Positions 1-9,081 of a DNA stretch of 34,818 bases are shown piece after piece. Both the position numbers and the translations under genes were made by a program. The notes under the pieces are model-generated. The model was not told the DNA's origin, did no database searches, and saw only the letters and a program-made list of their open reading frames with translations. The stretch spans positions 1 to 34,818 of the IMG/VR virus record IMGVR_UViG_3300032253_000024. The stretch is one strand, 5' to 3'. The stretch's first letter is position 1. Every line of letters starts with the position of its first letter. The stretch comes from a virus. Its lineage: Duplodnaviria; Caudoviricetes.

Positions 1-127
1 TTCCGTATCTTCTGGTCAACCCGATCACTGATAAAGATGGCAATGAAGTCGCGACAGGTCCTATCGGTTACACCAAGCCACCCGCAATCCCTCCAGCGAT
101 GGCAGCACTGCTGCAGATCACTGAGCA
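1..127. repeat. Terminal direct repeat, copy 1 (circular assembly overlap)
   Basis: Bases 1-127 are identical to 34692-34818. 127 is a common assembler k-mer size, and the repeat lies inside the portal ORF. Confidence 0.95.
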
Positions 128-959
128 AGACATGCAGGACGTACTGGGTAACCAGCAAGCCGGTGAGCAGATGCAGCCGAATATGTCAGGTAAAGCAGTC
201 GAGCTGATCCAGAATCGTCTGGACATGCAGACGTTCATCTACATGTCGAACATGGCGAAAGCTGTGAAGCGATCTGGTGAGATCTGGCTCTCGATGGCTA
301 AAGATATCCTGGTTGAACCCGGTCGCAAGATGAAGACTATCGGCTCCCAGGGTGAACTCAGCTCAGTGGAACTGGGTAAGCCGATTCTGACTGAAGAAGG
401 TGAGACCGAATATGAGAATGACCTCAGCAAAGCGAAATATGATGTCACTGTTGACGTCGGACCATCGTCAAGCAGCAAGCGTGCAGCGACTGTCAGGTCA
501 CTGATCGGCATGTTGCAGGTCTCTGCTGATCCTGAGACTCAGCAGGTCATCGGTGCCATGATCATGATGAACATGGAAGGTGAAGGTATTGATGACGTCC
601 GTGATTATTTCCGTAAGAAGCTGATCAAACTGGGTGTCGTTCAACCAACGAAACAGGAAGCAGCGGATCTGATGGAAGAGTTGCAGAATACACCTCCTGA
701 TGCTAATACGCAGTATCTGCAGTCAGCTGCTAAGAATGAAGAAGCCAAAGCTGAAAACAATGTCGCTGATACTGTTCTGAAGACAATGAAGGCTGCTGAG
801 TCGAAGGCGAATGCTGAAAATACTCAGGCTGATACTGTGAAGAAACTGTCAGAGACACGTACTGAAAATCAGGACCGTATCATCCAGGCAGCTGAGTTGA
901 CTGAACAAGTGACTGAGGACATTGCTGATATATCTCCTGTGATTGAACCGGTGGAATAA
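1..959 (+). CDS. Portal protein, P22 gp1-like, C-terminal part (continues from 33539 across the junction; about 703 aa in total)
   Basis: Frame is continuous across the junction (...FPYLLVNPITDK...PPAMAALLQ). Contains SGKAVELIQNR and YDVTVDVGPSSSSKR portal-like segments and a helical C-terminus. Lies between TerL and scaffold. Confidence 0.93.
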   Translation, partial: PYLLVNPITDKDGNEVATGPIGYTKPPAIPPAMAALLQITEQDMQDVLGNQQAGEQMQPNMSGKAVELIQNRLDMQTFIYMSNMAKAVKRSGEIWLSMAKDILVEPGRKMKTIGSQGELSSVELGKPILTEEGETEYENDLSKAKYDVTVDVGPSSSSKRAATVRSLIGMLQVSADPETQQVIGAMIMMNMEGEGIDDVRDYFRKKLIKLGVVQPTKQEAADLMEELQNTPPDANTQYLQSAAKNEEAKAENNVADTVLKTMKAAESKANAENTQADTVKKLSETRTENQDRIIQAAELTEQVTEDIADISPVIEPVE

Positions 960-978
960 TCAGGTAAATAGTGATTTC

Positions 979-1008
979 TTGTCACTTTTGTGATATTTGG
1001 TGTAATAT
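979..1008 (+). promoter_or_regulatory. Putative sigma70-like promoter for the scaffold-coat operon
   Basis: TTGTCA (979-984), 18-bp spacer, TAATAT (1003-1008) in an AT-rich intergenic gap. Confidence 0.45.
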
Positions 1009-1017
1009 ATTTATTAA

Positions 1018-1045
1018 CGGCATCCACCCAGCCGCTTCATGGGTG
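1018..1045 (+). promoter_or_regulatory. H-type RNA pseudoknot in the scaffold 5' UTR
   Basis: Stem 1 CGGC(1018-1021)/GCCG(1031-1034); stem 2 CACCCA(1025-1030)/TGGGTG(1040-1045). Ends about 8 nt upstream of the AAGGA Shine-Dalgarno. Confidence 0.6.
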
Positions 1046-1064
1046 AGTAGATAAGGATCGAACA

Positions 1065-1976
1065 ATGGGAACAGAGGCAGAAAATGATGTAAATGATGAA
1101 ACAATTATCAATGCTGAAATAGTCAAAGACGAAGAACTTGAAATTGATCAGGGTCTTGAAGGTGCAGATAAAAATCTAAACCCAGAAGACAGCGACAATG
1201 AAGAAGCTGAAATCAAAGACGAAGAGTCAGATGATGATGAGATCGTTGTTTCCATCGAAGGGGAATCGCCACCTCAAGATGATGAAGAAGAGACCAAAGC
1301 ACCGGAGTGGGTGCGTGAGTTGCGTAAGAAACAACGCGAAACGCAGAAAGAAAATCGCGAACTGAAAGAGAAACTGGAATCGTTATCTGGCGCGGCTGAG
1401 AAGCCTGCAGAACTGGGTGATAAACCAACTCTTGAAGGTTGTGACTATGATTCTGCTGAGTACGAGAGTCAGCTTGCTGACTGGTACGATAAAAAACGCG
1501 AACACGATGAAGCAGCAGAAGCCACAAAAGCTGATGAGCAACAGCAGCAGCAAGCGTGGCAGAAGAAGCTCGATGACTACGGTACAGCGAAAACTGAACT
1601 GAAGGTCAAAGACTTTGATGATGCTGAAGGTGTTGTCCTGGATAATCTGTCCAGCACTCAACAGGGTATGATCCTGCAGGGTGCAGATAATTCAGCACTG
1701 GTGATGTACGCAATCGGTAAGAACCCACAACGCGCAAAGGAACTCGGATCCATTAAAGATCCTGTAAAGTTTGCTTTCGCTGTAGCTAAACTGGAGACGC
1801 AATTGAAAGTTTCAGGTCGCAAGAAAGCACCACAACCAGAAGGCAAAGTCAGTGGTACTGGCAGTCTGGCTGGTTCAGTGGACTCAACCCTTGAGCGGTT
1901 GCGTGCAGACGCTGAGAAATCCGGGGACTATACAAAAGTTCGCGAATATAAAAAGCAGAAACGTGCAGCCAATTAA
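1065..1976 (+). CDS. Scaffolding protein (P22 gp8-like)
   Basis: 303 aa with acidic N-terminus, coiled coils and a basic C-terminal helix (YTKVREYKKQKR). Lies between portal and coat. Confidence 0.88.
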   Translation: MGTEAENDVNDETIINAEIVKDEELEIDQGLEGADKNLNPEDSDNEEAEIKDEESDDDEIVVSIEGESPPQDDEEETKAPEWVRELRKKQRETQKENRELKEKLESLSGAAEKPAELGDKPTLEGCDYDSAEYESQLADWYDKKREHDEAAEATKADEQQQQQAWQKKLDDYGTAKTELKVKDFDDAEGVVLDNLSSTQQGMILQGADNSALVMYAIGKNPQRAKELGSIKDPVKFAFAVAKLETQLKVSGRKKAPQPEGKVSGTGSLAGSVDSTLERLRADAEKSGDYTKVREYKKQKRAAN

Positions 1977-2003
1977 AAATATTTTATTTGGAGCATTAGA
2001 AAA

Positions 2004-3395
2004 ATGAAAACAATTATGACGGTTTTATCTATCATGACTGTGTATGTGAAAGCCGCGATCTCATATGTGGGTCACATTGCACATGACAACCTGTTCTTGT
2101 TCATGCATCGAACAGGCTTCATTCTGGGTGCGAATGCATTCTCGAAAGAGGAGCGCGTCGCGTTTGAGGATATTCTCGAAGGTTTCAATGACGCCCTGGT
2201 GCTGTCAAAGAACGTCGCTGTCTTCAATACCGATGACATCACGATGGAACGAGCGAATGATACGATCTGGCGTCCGCAACCTTACATCGCACAATCATTC
2301 GACGGTACGGACCAGACGTCAAACTTCTCTGATAACACACAGTTATCTGTTCCAGCAACACTTGGTTACAGTAAGTCTGTACCATGGACGCTGACAGCTT
2401 CTCAGTTGCGTGATGCACTGCAGGAAGGTCGCCTGGGTGACTCTGCGAAGCAGAAACTGGCATCTGATGTCAACGTCGCATTGAATACTGTCGCTGCTCA
2501 GCAGGGTACTGTGTTCGTGAAACGAAGCGCTGCAGCCGCTGGTTATGATGACATGGCTGAATGTGATGCAGCATTCAATGAGCTTGGTGTGAACATGTTT
2601 GATCGTTACGCTGCTCTGTCATCTCGTGATTACAACGGCATGGCGTCAAACCTGGCTGCTCGTGAAACGATGAACACTAAGCCACTGAACGCATATGAGA
2701 AGTCATATGTCGGTACAGTTGCAGGTTTTGAATCGTTCAAGATGGACTATGCAATACGTCAGGCTGCTGCTGCTGGTACAACTGTGACAGTTAATGGTGC
2801 GAATCAGTACCATACACCTGCTGCAACAAGTACAGCGGCTACTGGTGAGACTGCAAACGTCGACAACCGTACTCAGTCTCTGACCATCGGTGTTGTATCG
2901 GGTACAGTTGCCATCGGTGATGCATTCACCATCGCTGGTGTGAACTCTGTTCATCACATCACTAAAGAAGACACTGGTCAGCTGAAGACATTCCGTATCA
3001 CTGGAATTGTCTCTGGTGGTGGTGGTGCTGGTGTTGTAACAATCAGCCCTCCAATCATCTCGAATGGTGGTTCAACTGACGCAGAAGCTCAGTATCAGAA
3101 TGTAACTGCAACACCTGCAAATGGTGCAGCTATTACCTTCCTGAACACTGTTGCGAACTACGTCAACCCATTCTGGCAGAAGGATGCACTGGAGATCTTA
3201 CCGGGTCGCTATGCAGTTCCTTCTGACGCTGGTGTTGCTGTGATGCGTGGTACTACTGACCAGGGTATTGAGATTGTCATGCAGAAGTTCTATGACATCA
3301 ATACAATGATCACCAAGTATCGCTGTGACACATTGTTCGGTGTAGTGAACAAGCAACCTGAGATGTCAGGTGTCATGATGTTCAGCCAGACATAA
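2004..3395 (+). CDS. Major capsid protein (P22 gp5 coat family) with an apparent N-terminal extension
   Basis: ANAFSKEERVAFEDILEGF, IWRPQPY, GDAFTIAGVNSVHHITK and KYRCDTLFGV motifs. GGAG upstream; terminator downstream. Confidence 0.93.
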   Translation: MKTIMTVLSIMTVYVKAAISYVGHIAHDNLFLFMHRTGFILGANAFSKEERVAFEDILEGFNDALVLSKNVAVFNTDDITMERANDTIWRPQPYIAQSFDGTDQTSNFSDNTQLSVPATLGYSKSVPWTLTASQLRDALQEGRLGDSAKQKLASDVNVALNTVAAQQGTVFVKRSAAAAGYDDMAECDAAFNELGVNMFDRYAALSSRDYNGMASNLAARETMNTKPLNAYEKSYVGTVAGFESFKMDYAIRQAAAAGTTVTVNGANQYHTPAATSTAATGETANVDNRTQSLTIGVVSGTVAIGDAFTIAGVNSVHHITKEDTGQLKTFRITGIVSGGGGAGVVTISPPIISNGGSTDAEAQYQNVTATPANGAAITFLNTVANYVNPFWQKDALEILPGRYAVPSDAGVAVMRGTTDQGIEIVMQKFYDINTMITKYRCDTLFGVVNKQPEMSGVMMFSQT

Positions 3396-3409
3396 TCTGA
3401 GCTGAAATG

Positions 3410-3438
3410 AAAAAGGGGATCTCGGTCCCCTTTTTTTT
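3410..3438 (+). terminator. Rho-independent terminator after the coat gene
   Basis: GGGGAT-CTCG-GTCCCC hairpin followed by T8 and preceded by an A run. Confidence 0.9.
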
Positions 3439-3457
3439 CTAACCTGAGAGACTACCT

Positions 3458-3604
3458 ATGCCATTGATTCAAGGTTACAGTCAAAAGTCTATCTCTGAGA
3501 ATATACGTCGAGAGATAAACCGGGGTAAATCTCGGAAGCAAGCGACTGCAATCGCAATGGATGTCGCCCGTAAAGTTAAAGCCAAAAGGAAACGAAGAAA
3601 ATGA
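3458..3604 (+). CDS. Small basic phage protein, 48 aa (not in ORF track)
   Basis: MPLIQGYSQKSISENIRREINRGKSRKQATAIAMDVARKVKAKRKRRK. Resembles the short MPL...ISENI...QAVAIA proteins of phage head regions. ATGA overlap with the next gene. Confidence 0.75.
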   Translation: MPLIQGYSQKSISENIRREINRGKSRKQATAIAMDVARKVKAKRKRRK

Positions 3605-3942
3605 CTGAAGAAAAAGAAAATACATTCGAGCAGCAGATGCTGTATAAACACCCTGGCATCCATGAGATCCACGGTGACAAATTTGACACATTGATTGTTG
3701 ACAGTGTTGAAGAACTTGAAGAAGCACTGGAAGATGGCTGGTTTGAGACAACTCCAGAAGCACTTGATAATTCAGACAACAATGTGAATTCATCCAGTGA
3801 TGAAGATGTCGATGAGACAACTCCACCGACTCGTGAAGAAGTGCTCCAGAAAGCTCAAGAGCTGGGTGTTGAGTTCAAAACGAATACAACAACGACAGTG
3901 ATTCTGAAACGAATTGAAGAAAAACTCGCTGAATCAGAGTAA
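3601..3942 (+). CDS. Acidic protein with a C-terminal helix-extension-helix (HeH/Rho-N-like) motif
   Basis: 113 aa with C-terminal PTREEVLQKAQELGVEF...ILKRIEEKL. Translationally coupled to the upstream ORF. Confidence 0.7.
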   Translation: MTEEKENTFEQQMLYKHPGIHEIHGDKFDTLIVDSVEELEEALEDGWFETTPEALDNSDNNVNSSSDEDVDETTPPTREEVLQKAQELGVEFKTNTTTTVILKRIEEKLAESE

Positions 3943-3966
3943 ACTCTGATAAAACTCTGAGGTGAT

Positions 3967-4452
3967 GTGATGGGATGGACTAAGCGGCAATTTGTCGAGC
4001 AGGCATTTGAAGAGATCGGTCTTGCATCGTATGTATATGATCTGACGTCTGATCAGTTGCAGGGTGCTCTGCGTACTCTTGACACAATGATGGCAACCTG
4101 GAACGCTAAGGACATCAAGATCGGCTATCCGTTACCATCATCACCTGAGAACAGTGATCTCGATGAAGAGACTGGTGTACCAGATGCAGCAAATGAAGCT
4201 ATCTATCTGGGTTTATCCATTCGGATTGCACCACGTTTCGGTAAAGTCATATCACCAGAGAGCAAACAGTTCGCTCGTGATGCCTATCGAACATTACTGT
4301 CATCGAATATGAAAACCCCTGAGATGAAGCTACCGACTTCATTACCTGCAGGTGCGGGTCACAAGTCATGGCGTGACAATGATAATTCATTCATAAGAGA
4401 AACCGATGACGGTATCATCGGTGCTCCAGACAACGAAATAGGATTCAACTAA
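3967..4452 (+). CDS. Head-tail adaptor / packaged-DNA stabilisation protein (P22 gp4-like)
   Basis: WTKRQFVEQAFEEIGLA...LDTMMATW...IGYPLP and LPAGAG motifs. Size and position match gp4. Confidence 0.85.
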   Translation: MMGWTKRQFVEQAFEEIGLASYVYDLTSDQLQGALRTLDTMMATWNAKDIKIGYPLPSSPENSDLDEETGVPDAANEAIYLGLSIRIAPRFGKVISPESKQFARDAYRTLLSSNMKTPEMKLPTSLPAGAGHKSWRDNDNSFIRETDDGIIGAPDNEIGFN

Positions 4453-4907
4453 TGCCTACTCAACTAAGCAGAACAGATGAACTTGCAGCTGGTGATCTGA
4501 TCGTTCTCTGGAAAACAGCTGACGGTGATTATCGTGGTTTGCCGGCTGATGACTTATTGACGTATCTGAACGCGAATCTGACATTCCCGGATGCAGGATT
4601 CACGACTCAATACTCAGCACCATCAGCGACTGGGTTCAGTGTTGATATTACTGACGGATCAGACGATATCTGGTTGATCCTGACACCAGCTGCTGGATAT
4701 GCTGCAGGTACGATTGTGCTCCCGGCTGTGGCGAATGCTGTCGATGGCCAGGAAGTCATGATCAACTGTACTCAAGCAGTCACCACGCTAACTGTCGATG
4801 GTAACGGTGCGACAGCTGTCACTGGTGAGCCTTCAGGACTGGCTGCGAATGACTTCTTTACATTACGATATGATGCAGCTACTAGCACATGGTATCGAGT
4901 GAAATAA
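4452..4907 (+). CDS. Putative virion structural protein
   Basis: 151 aa, Thr/Ala/Gly-rich and likely beta-rich, ending TWYRVK. TAATG-coupled between gp4- and gp10-like genes. Confidence 0.65.
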   Translation: MPTQLSRTDELAAGDLIVLWKTADGDYRGLPADDLLTYLNANLTFPDAGFTTQYSAPSATGFSVDITDGSDDIWLILTPAAGYAAGTIVLPAVANAVDGQEVMINCTQAVTTLTVDGNGATAVTGEPSGLAANDFFTLRYDAATSTWYRVK

Positions 4908-4908
4908 G

Positions 4909-6309
4909 ATGCAGATTCCAGTTCTCAATGGTATATACACCGATGAGGATTCAGACTTTCGTACATCTTACCCGCGCAATCTGATTCCCGTTCCAAAAGA
5001 ACAAGGTATCTCACAGGGATATCTTCGACCTGCTGATGGCATTGAACCTTTTGGTGTGGGTCCAGGTGTTGATCGTGGTGCTATCAATTGGAATAGTGTC
5101 TGCTATCGTGTGATGGGGACAAAGCTTGTCATCGTCAATCCTGATGGATCTCATACAATCCTCGGTGATGTTGGTGGATCTGGTCAAGTGACGCTGGACT
5201 ATTCGTTTGATCATCTAGCGATCACGTCATCCGGTAATTTGTATCTATGGGATGGTACTACTCTGCAACAAAACACTGATGCTGATCTCGGTACTGTTCT
5301 CGATCACATCTGGATTGATGGATATTTCATGACCACTGATGGTGAGTTTCTGGTTGTCACTGAACTCAACAATCCGTTTGCTGTGAACCCGTTGAAATAT
5401 GGATCTTCTGAAGTTGACCCCGATCCTGTTTACGGGCTGTTGAAATTACGCAATGAAGCCTATGCAGTGAATCGATACACCATTGAATCATTTGATAATA
5501 TCGGTGGAAGTTTGTTCCCGTTTGAACGCATCCCAGGTGCTCAGATTCAAAAAGGCGCCATCGGTACTCATGCAGCTTGTGTGTTTGTTGAGGCTATTGC
5601 TTTCCTTGGTAGTGGTCGCAAAGAATCACCCGCTGTTTATCTCGGTATTAATGGCAGTGCAACACCGATATCAACTCGAGAGATTGATCAAATATTACAG
5701 GAATACACAGAGGTTGAACTTTCTCAGGTTGTACTTGAAGCGCGTGCTGACAAAGGTCATCAGCACCTCTGGGTCAGATTACCTGATCAGACGCTCGTAT
5801 ATGACGCTGCAGCCTCTCAGGTGGTCGGTGAGCCTGTCTGGTTCACATTGACCACTAGCATCACGGAAAAAGGCCAGTATCGTGCTCAGAATCTTGTCTG
5901 GTGTTATGACAAATGGCTTGTCGGTGATCCAACCAGCTCAAATCATGGTCAGCTGACCAGCTCTGTATCATCTCATTACGGTGATGTTATCGGGTGGGAT
6001 TTCGGGACCACGATCATCTATAACGAGAGTCTGGGTGCTCTGTTCCATGAGCTTGAGTTGATCTGTCTGTCAGGTCGTGCAGAACTCGGTGAAGATCCGA
6101 CTATCTGGACCCAGTATTCACTCGACGGTGAGACCTGGGGTCAGGAGAAAAGCATCAAGGCTGGGAAACAGGGTGAACGCAATAAGCGTCTGGTCTGGTT
6201 GCAGCAAGGCAGCATGAGAAACTGGAGGATCCAGCGTTTTCGTGGCACCAGTGATGCTCATTTATCTATTGCACGACTTGACGCACGAATCGAGCCATTG
6301 AATGTCTGA
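4909..6309 (+). CDS. Tail hub / packaged-DNA stabilisation protein (P22 gp10-like)
   Basis: 466 aa with YPRNLIPVPK, GYLRPADGI and DRGAINW segments. Size and synteny match gp10. Confidence 0.88.
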   Translation: MQIPVLNGIYTDEDSDFRTSYPRNLIPVPKEQGISQGYLRPADGIEPFGVGPGVDRGAINWNSVCYRVMGTKLVIVNPDGSHTILGDVGGSGQVTLDYSFDHLAITSSGNLYLWDGTTLQQNTDADLGTVLDHIWIDGYFMTTDGEFLVVTELNNPFAVNPLKYGSSEVDPDPVYGLLKLRNEAYAVNRYTIESFDNIGGSLFPFERIPGAQIQKGAIGTHAACVFVEAIAFLGSGRKESPAVYLGINGSATPISTREIDQILQEYTEVELSQVVLEARADKGHQHLWVRLPDQTLVYDAAASQVVGEPVWFTLTTSITEKGQYRAQNLVWCYDKWLVGDPTSSNHGQLTSSVSSHYGDVIGWDFGTTIIYNESLGALFHELELICLSGRAELGEDPTIWTQYSLDGETWGQEKSIKAGKQGERNKRLVWLQQGSMRNWRIQRFRGTSDAHLSIARLDARIEPLNV

Positions 6310-7543
6310 TCCTAAGCCACCGACACGGAAACAACTCGCGCGAATCCTTGATAATGATCAAGAGTTGATTCGTGCTTTTGAGCGTTTGTTCAGTGTGGCT
6401 GCTGAGCAGATACCGACTGACATCACCTCAATAGAATTATCATCAGGAACTGCTGATCAAAAAGCTACCCAAGCACTGGATTTGCTTTACTCAATCAATG
6501 AGTACTTGAGTCTTCTTGCATCGCGTCCTGGATACACTCACCCGAATACTGTCCCACTGGACTCAATTGAATTTAATCTGAATCAGAAGACGCATCAGAA
6601 AAGAGGTTCACTTGCTTACAATTCTTTACACGATACACTTGAAATTCTACATGACAAAGATGTCCATCAAGAGATAGGACTTAATACTTATGTACATGTT
6701 GAGAATTACACCAGTTCAACAATCACAGCAGGGACTGTCGTCGGTTTCGCTGGTGTTGGTACTGATGAACACATCTCAGTAGCAAAATATCTCGCTGACG
6801 GTGCCTCAGATAGCATATATCTACTAGGAGTTATGACTGCTGACATCGCTACCGGTGGCGATCATGCAATGTGTATCACATGGGGTCATGTCCATGGGAT
6901 AGATACCACAGGGACGCCAGTCAGTGAGACATGGGTTGTCGGTGATGTGTTATATGCTTCACCGACGACAGCAGGAGCAATGACAAAAGTAAAACCGACA
7001 GCACCTGAGAATAGTATCCCGGTAGCTGTGCTGCTCGATGTCGATGCGACTGATGGTGTCATTTTCATTCGTCCAACTATTGAGCAGCAGTATTATTTCG
7101 GTGGATTTTATAAATCAGTCGATGCATCACCTGCTGCGATTAACACTGCGTATCCGATCACATTTGACGGGACTGAGGTATCGAATGGTGTTGAGATTGA
7201 CGGAACTGTGACATCCAGGATCAACATTAATAACGCAGGGCTTTACAGCGTCGGTGTATCGTTTCAGTTATCATCTGGATCAGCCAGTGCAAAAAACGTC
7301 TGGTTATGGTTCAGAATTAATGGCGCTGATGTCGCAAATTCAGCGTTAAAGGTATCACTGGAAAGCAATACTGCATTATCAACACCAGCCAGAGCTGTGT
7401 TCTTTTCATTTGAAGCCGGTGATTATTTTGAGTTAATATGGGCTGCTGATGATACTAACGTGACACTGGATGCAATACCATCGACAGCATTTGCACCGGC
7501 TGCACCAGCTTGCGTGTTGACCGTTGAACAGATACAGCAATAG
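6302..7543 (+). CDS. Tail-needle-like protein (gp26 position) with extended C-terminal beta domains
   Basis: Helical N-terminus (TRKQLARIL...IRAFERLF) directly after the gp10-like gene. C-terminal C1q/jelly-roll-like pattern (AGLYSVGVSFQL...GDYFELIW). Confidence 0.6.
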   Translation: MSDPKPPTRKQLARILDNDQELIRAFERLFSVAAEQIPTDITSIELSSGTADQKATQALDLLYSINEYLSLLASRPGYTHPNTVPLDSIEFNLNQKTHQKRGSLAYNSLHDTLEILHDKDVHQEIGLNTYVHVENYTSSTITAGTVVGFAGVGTDEHISVAKYLADGASDSIYLLGVMTADIATGGDHAMCITWGHVHGIDTTGTPVSETWVVGDVLYASPTTAGAMTKVKPTAPENSIPVAVLLDVDATDGVIFIRPTIEQQYYFGGFYKSVDASPAAINTAYPITFDGTEVSNGVEIDGTVTSRININNAGLYSVGVSFQLSSGSASAKNVWLWFRINGADVANSALKVSLESNTALSTPARAVFFSFEAGDYFELIWAADDTNVTLDAIPSTAFAPAAPACVLTVEQIQQ

Positions 7544-7552
7544 GAGATCATC

Positions 7553-7888
7553 ATGGCTGTTACATTACTGAATATTATACCACGTAAATACGTCGAAGCC
7601 GCTCAGGCTTCCCAGTACACCGCTGACAATGTGCGATGCGTCATTGATAAATTCACAGTGACAAATGTGACAGCGAATAATGTAGTGTTCAGCACTAACC
7701 TGGTGGCATCTGGGGACAGCCCAGCAGATGATAACCTGGTGCTTGATGCTCGAACAATCGCACCAGGTGAAACATACAATTGTCCTGAATTAGTCGGTCA
7801 AGTCATTGAGAATGGTGGTTTCATCTCGACATTAGCTGGAACCGCCTCAGCATTGACAATTAGTGCAGCAGGTCGTGAGATTACTTGA
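7553..7888 (+). CDS. Putative virion protein, 111 aa
   Basis: Strong AGGAG SD; beta-rich sequence (IDKFTVTN, TIAPGETYNCPELVGQ); tail-region position. Confidence 0.7.
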   Translation: MAVTLLNIIPRKYVEAAQASQYTADNVRCVIDKFTVTNVTANNVVFSTNLVASGDSPADDNLVLDARTIAPGETYNCPELVGQVIENGGFISTLAGTASALTISAAGREIT

Positions 7889-7969
7889 TTTTTATAAAAT
7901 TTACTGTAAAACTATAAATGCTGAGTTATTAGAGTCCCCAGCAGCTCACAGAAACCCTTTGCGAAGGAG

Positions 7970-8440
7970 ATGAATGTGGAAGCTGCTCAGATCAACAATC
8001 AAGAAATATCAGAAACTCAAGACGATTCTCTTCCGTCTCGTGATCGTATTGTCCAGCTTCAGGAATCCATGCTCCCGTTTGAATGTGAGCAACCAGAGCC
8101 GAATCATTATTTCGCACCGGGTATGTATTGCCGTGAGCTAACTGTTCCAGCTAACATGTTGATGGTCGGTAAGATCCACAAACATGCTCATTTTCTACTG
8201 GTTTTAAAAGGTAAAGCGCTGGTCATCAGTGAGTTTGGTCGTGATATTGTTGAAGCTGGTCACATTTCTGTCTCTCAACCGGGTGTCAAAAGAGTTGTTC
8301 AAGCGATTGAGGATACTCAGTTCGTCACTATCCATGTAAATGCATCCGACACTGAAGATCTGGAAATAATCGAAGCAGAACACATTGAACCAGAAGATCT
8401 CCAGCTGATGCGGGATCAAGTTAAGGAGATGTTAAAATGA
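7970..8440 (+). CDS. Cupin-fold phage protein
   Basis: HYFAPGMYCREL...GKIHKHAHFLLVLKG and PGVKRVV...FVTIH cupin-like metal motifs. AAGGAG immediately upstream. Confidence 0.7.
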   Translation: MNVEAAQINNQEISETQDDSLPSRDRIVQLQESMLPFECEQPEPNHYFAPGMYCRELTVPANMLMVGKIHKHAHFLLVLKGKALVISEFGRDIVEAGHISVSQPGVKRVVQAIEDTQFVTIHVNASDTEDLEIIEAEHIEPEDLQLMRDQVKEMLK

Positions 8441-9072
8441 CTTGGGGATTAACAGCAGTCGCTGGCGCCACTCTTGTCAGTGGTTACATGCAATCAGAAG
8501 CAGCAGGTGAGGCTGCAGATATTCAAGCAGGTGCTGCAGAAGTCAGTGAGGCTGGCGTACAAGCTCGATTTGAAGAAACACAAGCACTGCTTGCACCGTT
8601 TGTCACCGCTGGGACCACTGCTCTGGCAGAACAGGAAGCTTTACTCGGTCTCGCAGGTCCAGAAGCAGAGCAGGCTGCTATCACACGAATTCAAGAATCA
8701 CCGACATTCCAGGCATTAACGGAACAAGGTGAAACAGCATTACTGCAGCAAGCATCAGCGACCGGTGGTCTGCGTGGTGGAAATATTCAAGCAGCTCTGG
8801 CTCAGTTCAGACCACAGATGCTCAGTCAAATGATCGAACAGCAATATGGACGCCTCGGTGGGATAACTCAAACCGGTCAGGCATCTGCAGCGCGAGGTGT
8901 TTCAGCGAGTGAGACAGCAGGTGCTCAGATCACTGCTTTACAACAGCAAGCTGCAGCAGCGCAGGCTGGTGGAGTCATTGGTGCAGCCGCACCATGGGGT
9001 GATGTCGCAGGTACTGCTGCATTCATGTATGGCGTGAACAAGGGTGTTCCTACAGCACCACCGCGATTTTAA
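8437..9072 (+). CDS. Ejection / DNA transfer protein (P22 gp7-like)
   Basis: Ala/Gly/Gln-rich, ASATGGLRGGN motif, hydrophobic N-terminus. First of three ejection genes. Confidence 0.8.
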   Translation: MTWGLTAVAGATLVSGYMQSEAAGEAADIQAGAAEVSEAGVQARFEETQALLAPFVTAGTTALAEQEALLGLAGPEAEQAAITRIQESPTFQALTEQGETALLQQASATGGLRGGNIQAALAQFRPQMLSQMIEQQYGRLGGITQTGQASAARGVSASETAGAQITALQQQAAAAQAGGVIGAAAPWGDVAGTAAFMYGVNKGVPTAPPRF

Positions 9073-9081
9073 CGAAGGAAT

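Noticed and set aside
971-993. CRP-like site upstream of the scaffold gene
   Set aside because: GTGA-N7-TCAC has the wrong spacing for TGTGA-N6-TCACA; support is too weak.
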